Origin: Schmidtea nova | Lineage: Eukaryota | Assembly: GCA_044892505.1 (NCBI GenBank) | Contig: CM097883.1 | Span: 278,070,001-278,134,000 of the forward strand | Direction of reading: 5' to 3' | Length of the DNA stretch: 64,000 nt | Shown: positions 22,801-34,389 of the stretch, one piece after another | Layout: each line of letters begins with the position of its first letter | How positions within the stretch are numbered: the stretch's first letter is position 1 | Position numbers and translations under genes: made by a program | Notes under the pieces: model-generated | Seen by the model: only the letters and a program-made list of their open reading frames with translations | Databases searched by the model: none | Told to the model about the DNA's origin: nothing

Positions 22801-24518
22801 AGTTGAATCTTTCAAAAAAGAAACTTACCAACTTTTCATTCAAGAATTAACTTCGAAATTTGATGGTACAGGATATCATTTAATACATGGTAATGCCTCG
22901 ATACATGGTGGAGCAATATCCGAAAACAATTTCGTTAATAATTTACCACCATATAGCCCTTTCCTTAATCCAATAGAAAGTGTATTTATCAAAATCAAAT
23001 GCAGTTTACGGAAAACTATCTCCCTATCAAATGGCTTTTCCACAATGTCTTTTCAAGACAGATTTGGTTTGGTGAAAAATACTCTAGAGAAGGAATTAAA
23101 TAAGGATGATTATAAAGACTTTGAAATTTTTTTCATTCATATTCGCAGATTTTTTTTCTAAATGGTTTAAAAAACTTGAAATCTTTGGAGATTAATGTAT
23201 TTAATAAATAAATTTTAGTTTACAATGTATTTTTACTTACTTTTGATGTGAATAATTCCAAAAAATCATAAAAAATTAACTAAAAGTAATTAGAAATGAA
23301 ATTAAAATTGTTGATAAAAGATAACCTTTTAAAGCTTTTAAAATGACCTCATGTCATTTCGAGATCAAAATAAAAGCCTTAATAGTTATTCTAATAAATA
23401 AAAAATAAAAAAAATTTTTAAATGAATGATAACCGTGACTAATTACCCTGGACGCTTCTGACTCACTAGTATTATAGGTGAGAAACGCCATTGAAACACG
23501 GTGTACGCACTTAATAAAGGCTGTGCCGAAATATTTTATACTTATTCAAAGAAATTTTGATCTATAGTCATCCATTATGGGAATTATTGATATTAATAAT
23601 AATAAAAGTAATAATAATAATAGCAATAATAATAATAATATAATAATGATAACAATAATAATGATAATAATATTAATAATATAATAATGATAACAATAAT
23701 AATGATAATAATATTAATAATAATATTAATAATAATAATAAATAATAATCAAAAAACGTGGCAATGATTTAATAATAGAAAAACGCCAACTCAGTAAATT
23801 CAACATAAACGCGATATATTTCGATTGTTTAACAATCTTCTTCAGGCAGCAATCAGGATAATCAATAAAAAAATAGAAAATATGCAATATCTAAACAAAA
23901 TAGCTAATAATAATCATCTCCATAATATATCAAAATTTAATTTAAAATTATATTTGTTTTTGTGAACATTTTAATTTTTTTTAATTTGTAAATTGTAGGT
24001 TGAATTTAAAAATTTTATTTTATTTTTTTAAAAAATGTTGATCTATGAAAACTGTTGTTTGCTTATTAATTAATTTTTAAAATTTCATGTAATAAAAAAA
24101 TTAAATTAAATTTTGATATGGTATGGAGATGATTATTATATGTTAATTTGTTTAGATATGTCATATTTTCTATTTTATTATTGATTGTCCTGATTACTGT
24201 CTGAAGAAGATTGATATACAATCGAAATATATCGCGTTTATATTGAATTTACTCAGTTAGCGTTTTTCTATTAATAATAAGAGATACACATAATAATATA
24301 AGAGATACACACAGATATAATAATAATATAAGAAATACACACTTGATAAAGGCTGGGCAAATATTGTGTTATTGTTTATTAAAAAAATTTTGATCTATAG
24401 TCAGCATTATGAGAATTATTGATAATAATAATAAGATACACACTTGATAAAGGCTGTGCCGAAATATTGTGTTATTGTTTATAAAAAAAATTTGATCTAG
24501 TCATTATGAGAATTATTG

Positions 24519-24569
<51 letters not shown>

Positions 24570-27500
24570 TAATAATAATATTAATAATAATAATAATAAT
24601 TGTAATTATAATAATTATTTTAATAAACGTGGCAAAGATTTAATTGATGAAAAACGCCACTCAAAAATTTCACGATTTATTTCGACTGAGATTTTGAAAC
24701 CAAGCATATTTGATTTTTTCACATAACCTTAATTGCGATAACTAATATTGGGCACTTCTTTCGATCGAAATTTTCAAGAACTCGAGTACCGAGATGAAAG
24801 ACAGTCTCTCCAATCTTTTTGGCATTACACCCATTACATATAAATTTTAACGACATCTCTACACAATCCAATTGTAGTTTTCCATTTTTTAACAAACACA
24901 CTACGTATTTTGTACGAACTGGAGACAATCCTATAGTTTAGACTACCTGTTCTGACAACTCAACACGAAATCAAGATATTATTGTACATGATCATCACAT
25001 TGTCTAACACTAGAATACATTGCCTCAGGTCATTGATAGCAGCAACCGAATCAGGATAATCCATCACAATATCAAATATTGATTCAACTCGCGTATCGAA
25101 AATAATTCTATGAAAGAATTCACTAGACAGAACGGAATTGAGATTTCCATTTTTAAATGTCTGTGGAAATAGACTCGGAATGACTCTTCTTTCAATTATT
25201 GGTGTTTTCTTGTCACAAATCTTCTCCAAAACATTTACATTATATTCAGTATTATATAAAGCCAATATTTTTCTGATATAATCCTTCAAAACTTCAATAA
25301 ACATGTTGATAAATATATTTTCTATGGGAATAAGGCATGAATTCATTGCATTAAACACACTTTCAAATAGAACGAAATAATTGTGATTCGAATTCTTCTC
25401 CATCAGATCGATATTTGTAATATTCAATTAGCAAAAAACTACTTTCCAATGTAATTACCAATAACCATTCAATTTTATCAAATAATTGAAGAAATTCAAA
25501 ATAAAACAATTACCAATTGGATTATTAAAACAATTCAAAATAATCAATAAAAATCAATTAGAAAATCCATTTAATTCAAATTTAAAAAGATCCCAAATAA
25601 TCCAACTACCAATTGGACTATTAAAACAATTCTGATTTTCAGAATTCAATTAAATTTCTTGAATAATAGCAAGAAAAATTCAATAAAACCACGAACGCGC
25701 ACACAGGCGCGAAATAACCATTAATTTAGCGATGCGCACACAGGCGCTGATAAAGCCACTTAGCAACTGCAGCGCACACCGGCGCAAACAAACCAAAAAC
25801 TACCAAAGCCCCGCGCACACAGACGCACAAAGGGCAGACAGCCAAAATCACAGCTCCGCACACACAGGCGCGAGCAGATAGCCAAAGTTTGCTACATGCA
25901 AACTTTGGCTGAAACACTACCCAACTGCTTATCAATCTTGTTGTCATAATCTTTAAACCCCTCCGAATCATAAATTCAGGCTCTCTACATTATATTATAT
26001 ACCAACCAAATTATATCTGCATATATTGGAATCCTTAGGATTATTGGCACACTTGTTCAAACTCTTCCTCGCCATCAATGGAAGCCGTTTTGCATAACTT
26101 TGATCGATAAATCATTCAATTAATTCATCAACACTTTTTACCGAATTCCTTGATGATAATTTCCTTGAAATATATTTCATTAGTTTAGTGTTTGCGTATA
26201 TATATATATATATATATATATATTCACATAATTTAAGTTTTTGATCTGATAAGATAAAATTGCTTACCTTTTAAATTTGAATTATTTTCTTATAATATTC
26301 AATGTGCCACATAAAACACTCGTATTGGGTTCGTTCTAATATGTTATATATGTAAACTATGGTGGTTAAATGATCTTAAAATATTAATAGGGTTTTTCTT
26401 CTATCTCATATATTATTATATATTGATTTTGACAGTTATCCTATATTTATTGGAGTCCCGATAAATGTATCAGGTGAACTCACTTTGTCCACAATAGTGA
26501 TTTATTTTAATTTTATCATTAGAATCAAATAAAATGGTCACGAAAACTTTAAATACTCCTCATAATTTCTCAAATGAAAACGAGATTACTCGTTTGATTG
26601 AACATCATCGTGAAGATGACCCTGAACAATTATTCCGAGACAATCGTTTGCTCGGAGAGTTGATGCCAAGTCGTTCATTTGGTGATGTGCGTTATAAATG
26701 GCCACAAGAGTGGCTGTGTGAATTAGACGCTTACATAAAAATGCCAGGAAACCTATCGAAATGTCCGACTCCATATACCAATCCTCCATATCTCACTGCA
26801 GAACCAGAAGTTTACAAATATGTCGTAAGTTATTATCATCTATGATTTACTAACTGCCTATAAAACCAGTCGGATGACGGTGGCATTTTTTGAGTATATA
26901 TAAAATCTGATATGGCGCGATGGACCTATAAATATATACAGGGTGTTGATAAAAAGGTGGTACGAAATTTTACGCATGCAGTTTTTATGAAAACAAGCAT
27001 AAAATTCTATACACCAAAGGGCATAAATTAAGGGCCAGACAGGCAAAATTTAAGGTATCTATAATAACAAATTATTTTATATATAAAAAAAATACACATA
27101 CCTACTGCAGATCAGGACAAAGATAAAAAGCAGTCATAAATTACGGGCCTATACTATAGAAAATAAGAAAAATAAATTAGGTCGAAAAAGCACACTTACA
27201 CAACACACTAAAAACCTATAGTGAAAAGTACAAACACATGGACATAATTTAAGAGACAGTCTTTAATTAAGGATTTTAAAATTTTAAAAAATCAAGATTT
27301 ATGAAGATATTTCAGAAAATTTTTTGGAATCAACTGTACTATTTATCGGAGAGGATCAAGAAGAAATGTAAACTTACAATTATATTAAAAAAATTTCAAA
27401 AAAAATATTTTTAGAAATGCAGAAATTAAAGCTATAATGCCTCAAATGGCTGAAACTGTAGAAAAAAACATCGAATTTTTATAGATAATCGAACATGACA

Positions 27501-30500
27501 AAAGAAATTACTAAAAGAAGTAATGAAACGGCGTGAAAATTATGAAGAATTCGGCAGGCAAATTTGTTTTGAACCTAAAATTATTAAAGACTTAGTGTCG
27601 AGGTAGAAAAAACTGGCATTCTTACAGCAGGGAAAAGAGGCAGATAAAATGTTAGCCTAATAATATAAGAAAATGGAATACAATGAATTGATTGTGTGGA
27701 CCACAATTATTGGACTACTTTGGAAGAAATGAAAAGCTTCTTGGATACAATTAGCTGCAATGTATACACAAAAACAATATCCAAATGTTTAAAAGGTAAG
27801 CTGATAAAATTATAAAGACTTACTTTATTCTGTATTTTATAAATATCTAAAAATATCTAGATAAAATAAATTGGTATTTAACTTAAAATATTAAATAAAT
27901 TTAAAATATGCTAAAATAGCTTAAATACATAGCTAAAAAATTAAATATATATAAAAGCCTTATCACTGTATGTGCCTGTAACGCTGACCACATTGGACAG
28001 TCTACTTACTATAGTAAGTATATTAAAATTGAAATTTATTAATTTTTTATTAAAATAAATTTATTAAGTTTATTTATTATCAGCGTTACAGACACATACA
28101 TACGCTGACTACATTAGACAGTCTACTTACTATAGTAAGTAGATTAAAATTGAAATTTTTTGAAATTTATTAATTTTTTATTAAAATAAATTTATTAAGT
28201 TTATTTATTATCAGCGTTACAGACTGTAACGCTGATAATAAATAAACTTAAATAATTTATTTTAATAAAAAATTAATAAATTTCAAAAAATAACTTACAG
28301 ACACATACATACGCTGACTACATTAGACAGTCTACTTACTATAGTAAGTTGATTTATTATCAGCGTTACAGACACATAGATACGCTGACTACATTAGACA
28401 GTCTACTTACTATAGTAAGTATATTAAAATTGAAATTTATTAATTTTTTATTAAAATAAATTTATTAAGTTTATTTATTATCAGCGTTACAGACACATAC
28501 ATACGCTGACTACATTAGACAGTCTACTTACTATAGTAAGTAGATTAAAATTGAAATTTTTTGAAATTTATTAATTTTTTATTAAAATAAATTTATTAAG
28601 TTTATTTATTATCAGCGTTACAGACTGTAACGCTGATAATAAATAAACTTAAATAATTTATTTTAATAAAAAATTAATAAATTTCAAAAAATAACTTACA
28701 GACACATACATACGCTGACTACATTAGACAGTCTACTTACTATAGTAAGTTGATTTATTATCAGCGTTACAGACACATAGATACAGTGACAAGGCTAGCA
28801 CGGGATAAAGCCTAGTTAAAAAATAAATAAGAAGATAATAAATACCAACTGCCTGTATTAAGTGTCTTCTGGTCCTTAATTACAGACTGATGGTGTAGCA
28901 ATGTGTCTTAAAATGAATCCGTTAAAAGTTAATAAGAATAAGAATAATTAACTTGAAATTAAAATAATAATAACAAAATTTAAGTAAATTTAGATATAGG
29001 TTGAACGGACGGATGGACAGTGGCATTTTGTATATATGATCATAATACAATGTTGGTTACAATCTATCAAGTCTATTTTAAAACCTTTAAAAAATATTTC
29101 TGCCTAAAAGATCTGTTTTCCTTACGTTCCACAGTTTTCTCTAGAGCTGACAGCAATAAATGCGTACAACAAACAATTTGAAATCATGCATCTAAAATGA
29201 TTATTCAAAAGATAAATGACCTCAAAAGAATGGAAATTCTCTACCAACTTCAAAATATATAATTCAAATCATTAACGTGGTTGCCTTGAAATTCTCCTTT
29301 ATAACCGGAAAGCGGTAATGATTGGAATAGCTGACATATTAATTTATTTTGAAATATTACAAAAAAATTCCAATTTCATTTATTTGCATTCTTTCAAGCT
29401 ATATATCAAAAGGTTTTCAATTAATTTTATATTCAATTGAAAACATTTTGATTTGAAAGAATGAAAGTTATCGGAACTCTAAAATTATTAAAAATGGAGA
29501 AGATTAAAGATTTTAGTGATATGGATTCTAATTATTAGTTAGATTTGATTTATGCCTATTTATCTACTTTAACTGTCATTAATCAGGTTAATGTCTTTCT
29601 CTGTATCCCTCTTAATCCCTCCTAACTAAAAGTAATGTTATTTAATTGAATCAATCATATAAGCAAAAATTTTCCTTGATGGATTGGACAATTTTTTTTC
29701 AAAAAAATTACTAAACAAATTTTTTGCCTTAAGGAAAATTGTAAATATTTTGCTGAAAAATTTAACTAAAAATATTGGAATACACACCCATATTTCTCCT
29801 AAAGGTAGTGGTTGATATGTCATTGGTTTTCCTCCTAAATTCCAAATATTCAACAATTTCTGCTAGATTCGTTCATAAAGGCACCCCCATCTTATTGCCA
29901 GTTTAGAAATATTTTCTGNNNNNNNNNNNNNNNNNNNNNNNNNNNNNNNNNNNNNNNNNNNNNNNNNNNNNNNNNNNNNNNNNNNNNNNNNNNNNNNNNN
30001 NNNNNNNNNNNNNNNNNNNNNNNNNNNNNNNNNNNNNNNNNNNNNNNNNNNNNNNNNNNNNNNNNNNNNACACTGTCTTATTTAAAATTCAGAACAAAGA
30101 ATCAAATTAGGTCTTATTTTAAGGTCCATATTTTCTAAATAAATATAATTTAATTACAAGTTGTCATTTATTCAAATATAGTCGTGCCATCTAACTCTCC
30201 AACATCGTCCCCATTATTATTCTCTCTCGTCACTGGTTGAATTATCGGTTCTTGTTTGATATTTCCCCCCACTTAAAATTAAATTATAAAATAAAAATAT
30301 AAAATATAACATACGCAATTTAAATTTATTTAATAAGTAATAAAATAGTTGTGTATAGTATTAATTCAGCAAGACAAATTTAATTGTAAACCAAATTAAT
30401 TGCGTCAATAATACGCTCAAAGGTATCACCTCCAAATCTTTCTCTCCGCATGAATTCTTGCAAATAAGTATCGAGTAAATCAGAACTCGTTCCGCATTCT

Positions 30501-31930
30501 CTTTTATTTCTACGCTTAGCTCTCATCCACATATTCTCCACTCTTTGCGTATTGGCGAAAGTGACGGGATCAACGAAATTAATTGAATGGTTTACTGTCA
30601 AGTGATTATATCCTTCCAAACCGATAGTATTGTAAGCTGCCCTTAGATCGCTTACAATAGTTGTTCCTGGGGCGATCCTACCACGTATTATTGTCAGTAA
30701 CGTCGCTGCATCACGCCGAGGAACACACAACAGAAAACATTCTTTTTTAGTGGAATCGATGCCACCGAAAACCCATTGTTGCCTGGGCATTCGTCCCACA
30801 TTATATTTTCTTTGCACGAATAAAGATTCATCAATCTGAACTACGTGTCCTTCACCACCAATCACCGAATTTTCCTGCATTAATTGCAGCGCGCAAAGCT
30901 TGCGCAAATACGATTTCCAATCCACAATTGCTTGTGAGTGCCAGCCCAATTCACGACGAATCTTTTTGAAGGAACACTCCTCGTATGCCCAATAGTAGAT
31001 GAAAAACAGGATTTCTTTGATATCGAGCTTTGAAGCCTCAAAGAAAGTCCCGCCACGAATGCTTAATTCTAGACGGCAAGGCCGTTTACAACGCCAGCGG
31101 AAAGGGAAGTTGGTCTTAGTACATGCTACTAAGTCTTTTTGTTGCCCACAAACAGTGCACAGTTTATTCAAGGGTATCAATCCCAATTCTTGGCAAAGTA
31201 TTAGTGTTGACAGCGGAGTCCGTGTTCGCTCAAATAGATTGTTTGCATTCATAGGTAGATCAATAATTCTATTATAAAAACTTTGAATTAAATAGGTAGA
31301 TCAATAATTCTATTATAAATTTAAATTTAAATTATTTGACAGTCCAATTAAGTGGGGGGAAATATCAAACAAGAACCTTATCTGGGATTCTAATGCTTGT
31401 AACACCATTGAGCCAAATGTGACTATCTNNNNNNNNNNNNNNNNNNNNNNNNNNNNNNNNNNNNNNNNNNNNNNNNNNNNNNNNNNNNNNNNNNNNNNNN
31501 NNNNNNNNNNNNNNNNNNNNNNNNNNNNNNNNNNNNNNNNNNNNNNNNNNNNNNNNNNNNNNNNNNNNNNNNNNNNNNNNNNNNNNNNNNNNNNNNNNNN
31601 NATCAAAGAGAACAAATATCGACTTTATAAATAACTCAACATTACAATTAAATGTTTCTTTTGTTTTAGTTAGATCCAATGAAAGATAAATTCATAATTC
31701 TCGCAACAGATGGGCTTTGGGATGCATTAAGTCCAGAACAAGTAGTAGATGTAGTTGTAAAATGTCCACCTGATCAGAGTCCAGCTACTCAATTGATAAA
31801 GCATGCCTTGTCAGGTTATTCATCCACCAATTATATCGATGTTCATAAGTTGTCTATGCACCTGGCATTAACTCCTGGCATTGCTCGCTATTTCAGGGAT
31901 GATATTACCGTTATGGTTTTCAAGCTCTAG
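14847..31930 (+). CDS. PDP1: Pyruvate dehydrogenase phosphatase catalytic subunit (PP2C family); exons 14847-15143, 18420-18563, 18609-18753, 18802-19044, 26523-26824, 31670-31930 (463 aa)
   Basis: Motifs [77 protein letters not shown]. All introns are GT-AG with matching phases and the total length (1392 nt) is in frame. Confidence 0.92.
16050..16440 (+). mobile_element. mariner transposase remnant (N-terminal HTH region) in PDP intron 1
   Basis: Degenerate [43 protein letters not shown]...STV-like HTH segment with stops. Confidence 0.7.
16744..16820. repeat. (TA)n microsatellite; shorter ones at ~26200-26222 and ~34120-34166
   Basis: Direct reading. Confidence 0.98.
17501..17790 (+). pseudogene. 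RPS5: Truncated 40S ribosomal protein S5 (uS7) copy
   Basis: [82 protein letters not shown]. The C-terminal half is missing and conserved residues are altered. Confidence 0.88.
19403..20119. mobile_element. hAT (Buster-type) MITE containing a nested foldback insertion
   Basis: TIRs CAGCGGTTCCCAACC / GGTTGGGAACCACTG; 8-bp TSD ctttatat/ctttatac (7/8). Confidence 0.88.
19501..20015. repeat. AT-rich foldback insertion with 29-bp perfect TIR, flanked by a 16-bp direct repeat
   Basis: TIR TGTGGTGTAAAATAAATAAACCAAACTTT; direct repeat GGGTTGCACTTCAGTT at 19485-19500 and 20016-20031. Confidence 0.85.
20133..20710 (-). pseudogene. PCMT1: Intronless protein-L-isoaspartate O-methyltransferase copy, frameshifted at both ends
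   Basis: [54 protein letters not shown] +1 slip lies in an A7 run near 20660, the GGRL.LPVG motif is missing, and the C-terminus shifts frame. Confidence 0.85.
21575..23503 (+). mobile_element. Full-length but inactivated Tc1/IS630-like DNA transposon
   Basis: 34-bp TIRs CACCGTGTTTCAATGGCGTTTCTCA(T/C)CTATAATA with TA on both sides. HTH region, IYIDG(C)GF, and [12 protein letters not shown]. The second catalytic D is mutated (IHGNASIH) and stops are present. Confidence 0.9.
23811..23848 (-). ncRNA. Minimal type I hammerhead ribozyme (PLE-type)
   Basis: GC-CTGAAGA-A-GATTG TTAAA CAATC-GAAA-TATA-TC-GC: catalytic core, stem II, palindromic ATATAT stem III, AUC cleavage triplet. Confidence 0.75.
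24198..24236 (+). ncRNA. Minimal type I hammerhead ribozyme (PLE-type)
   Basis: TGT-CTGAAGA-A-GATTG ATATA CAATC-GAAA-TATA-TC-GCG. Confidence 0.75.
24625..24900 (-). mobile_element. Penelope-like GIY-YIG fragment plus pLTR end
   Basis: [25 protein letters not shown] is homologous to the GIY-YIG ORF at 50348. It is followed by the pLTR terminus and a (TTA)n tract. Confidence 0.75.
24960..25427 (-). pseudogene. ANAPC2: Internal fragment of anaphase-promoting complex subunit 2
   Basis: [35 protein letters not shown] matches the APC2 signature (RIEELFSIVRDFPDSRPAIEDLKYCL). It stops just before the RLLHPG motif; no other APC2 exons were recognised. Confidence 0.8.
25695..25875. repeat. Five spaced copies of GCGCACAC(A/C)G(G/A)CGC
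   Basis: Copies at ~25697, 25735, 25772, 25813 and 25857, about 40 bp apart. The same motif forms a 13-bp inverted pair at 10885-10897 / 10933-10945. Confidence 0.8.
27300..27830 (+). mobile_element. Degenerate relative of the 21575-23503 Tc1/IS630-like transposase
   Basis: [16 protein letters not shown] resembles [16 protein letters not shown] at ~22440; heavily interrupted. Confidence 0.6.
27955..28815 (+). mobile_element. Non-autonomous Helitron-like element with an internal tandem and inverted repeat array
   Basis: ~401-bp tandem duplication; six copies of CTTACTATAGTAAG; two long AT-rich hairpins centred at ~28223 and ~28624; subterminal inverted repeats; 3' end GCACGGG...CTAG|T at 28812-28815. 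Confidence 0.65.
29919..30069. other. Assembly gap (others at 31429-31600, 33186-33339, 51213-51587)
   Basis: Runs of N. Confidence 1.
30247..31377 (-). mobile_element. Merlin (IS1016/IS1595-like) DNA transposon, apparently intact
   Basis: ~29-bp TIRs GGTTCTTGTTTGATATTTCCCCC(C)ACTTAA flanking one ORF; TTATC on both flanks. Confidence 0.92.
30380..31252 (-). CDS. Merlin/ISXO2-like DDE transposase (290 aa)
   Basis: N-terminal Cys motif (CTVC...WRC), [46 protein letters not shown]; uninterrupted. Confidence 0.93.
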   Translation of the reverse strand: MNANNLFERTRTPLSTLILCQELGLIPLNKLCTVCGQQKDLVACTKTNFPFRWRCKRPCRLELSIRGGTFFEASKLDIKEILFFIYYWAYEECSFKKIRRELGWHSQAIVDWKSYLRKLCALQLMQENSVIGGEGHVVQIDESLFVQRKYNVGRMPRQQWVFGGIDSTKKECFLLCVPRRDAATLLTIIRGRIAPGTTIVSDLRAAYNTIGLEGYNHLTVNHSINFVDPVTFANTQRVENMWMRAKRRNKRECGTSSDLLDTYLQEFMRRERFGGDTFERIIDAINLVYN

Positions 31931-34117
31931 AACCTTATGTTCATTTTGTTAAATTGTGAATATTATTTCTTCGAATTTCAGTTTATTATTAATCTAAAGA
32001 AAATATTTTGTAAAAATTTTAGTTGCTTCTGTGAGTTATATTTATTAATTGTTAATATCGATTAAAAATATTTATTATATTGATATATAAATTAAATATA
32101 TTTTTCATGTTATTATAAACTTAAAAATAAATTTATTATTTACCTTAGTTTGTGAATATTATTGAATATTATTAATAATATATGTCGAAGTATGCAAACA
32201 CGGATATAATATTGCTACTACTTTCAAATGGATCTTACATTTAATACTTGCCGTTAGGCATTTGTGTTTACTAGTTTCGTGATTTATTCACAAATATTCC
32301 AACCGGTTTTTCTACTATTGTTTTACTCAGTAGATCTACTGACGCAATTTAAACAAAATCATCTTAGTTTCCTAGTTAGTTTATTTGGATTTATTTTTGA
32401 GTTTACTAAATTCAATATGAATACCATTTTCTGGTCATGAATGGAATTTCGATTTAAAAAATACCGTACTCTTATTCGAACTTTCATGCTGGATGTGGAT
32501 AGTTTAGAGTTCAAGGTAAACATTAAATTGGAAGAAACAGAACAAAGGTTTCACACATGTTCAATATGTAATATCAATAGAATATCCATTTTATATTTAC
32601 CTTGAGAACATGTCATTATTTGTTCAAAATTTTTAAAAAACTCTGATAAGTGTGAATCGTATAAACTCCATCTATAGAAGAAACAAAATGCCAGATTCTA
32701 CAAGAGGGATTCAAAAATTCACTACCAAGATGACCTTCCGAAACTTTTTACATCAAAAACTACAAACCGTCCATCAACATTCAATTCGCATAAAAAATAA
32801 TGTTTAAAAAGAAAATTAAAATAAATTTTTTTCATCCAATAAAGTTTTTATAAAATAAATAATTAAGGTTACTATTTAGGATTAAGTTAATATAACGATT
32901 GTAATACACACCTGATAAAGGCTGTGCCGAAATATCGTGTAATTATTTAAAGAAAGTTTGATCTATAGTCGTCCTTTATGGAGATTTGGCTTGCATGGGC
33001 AATACAATGTATTTGTTAACTTGTATCTGCATTGCTTTCTTTGTTAATCAGGCTTGCTTACAATACACGGGTTAATATTGCACATGGATCGCATTGTGAA
33101 ACGGGTTAGGAAAATAAATATAGATTACGTTTTTAATTTGTTTTTTGATCCCTTGAAGGTTTGAGGATATGACCACCATACTCACNNNNNNNNNNNNNNN
33201 NNNNNNNNNNNNNNNNNNNNNNNNNNNNNNNNNNNNNNNNNNNNNNNNNNNNNNNNNNNNNNNNNNNNNNNNNNNNNNNNNNNNNNNNNNNNNNNNNNNN
33301 NNNNNNNNNNNNNNNNNNNNNNNNNNNNNNNNNNNNNNNATTCTAATGTTTTTGTTAAGTTGCATCTGCATTACAATGTCCTTGCTTAAATTAGGGTAGA
33401 AAGTTTTATCAAATACACACACAATCGAGGTTATGATACTCTTCTATCAATTACATTTGTTTGACATACATATTATATAGTTTTAAAAAGTTGAACCTTG
33501 GACCCTTCACTGGCTGACCATCCACCTTCTAGGATACGACAATTATACTCATCTGTCAATTACATTTTTCTGATATGCATATTAAAAGGTTTTAAAAATT
33601 TGAACCTTAGACCCTTCGAGGGTATGACCTTTGAACTCAACTTTGAATTACCTTTAGTTTGATATATATTATGATATACTATATAGTTTTAAAGATTTTA
33701 GACCCCTTGAAGGTTTGAAGGTTCAGCACCCACCATTAACCGTCGAAATTATGACCATGATACTTACATCTCAAATGCCTTTTGTTTGATCTGTATATTA
33801 TGAGGTTTTCAAATTTTTGAACCTTGGACCCTTTGAGAGTATGACCTTCGAACTCAGCATCAAAAGTCCTTTTGAATGATATATAACTTGTATATTTGAA
33901 AAACTTTTAAATTTGGACACCCCTTTTAACATTTTGACCGACCATAAACCTTCGAGGGTATTACCATCATACTTAGCTCTCAATTACCTTTCGAATGATA
34001 TATAACTTGTAAGGTTTAAAATTTTGAAGGTTTTGGACCCTTTGAGGTAGTAGCACTAACCATAGACCTTCGAAGGTATGACCATCATACTTAATTCTCA
34101 ATTACCTTTCGAATGAT

Positions 34118-34173
<56 letters not shown>

Positions 34174-34389
34174 ATAAGGTTTGAAAAAAGTTGAAGGTTT
34201 TGCACCCTTTGAAGGTTCAGGACCCTTCATAAACCTTCGAGGGTATGACTATTGTCTAGACCTCTCCAAGACCTTTTGAATGATACCCGTGTTTTAGGGT
34301 TCGACCTTATTTGACCTTTGGAAATTTGAAATTAGTCATCGCGATGAGCTATAAAGAAAAATTTTCTAACCCCGGAGTGGTTGAGTCAT

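Larger units (their letters stand above)
23755..24275. mobile_element. Inverted pair of Penelope-like terminal repeats (pLTRs)
   Basis: ~23755-23935 (-) is the reverse complement of ~24110-24275 (+). Both match 50880-51212, which follows a GIY-YIG ORF. Confidence 0.8.

Noticed and set aside
27955-28815. Repeated palindromes that look like a CRISPR array
   Set aside because: The intervening sequences are themselves repeated rather than unique spacers, there are no cas genes, and the context is a eukaryotic intron.
21575-31377. Bacterial origin suggested by IS630-like and IS1595-like transposases
   Set aside because: They lie in introns of a spliced gene and match the eukaryotic Tc1 and Merlin counterparts.
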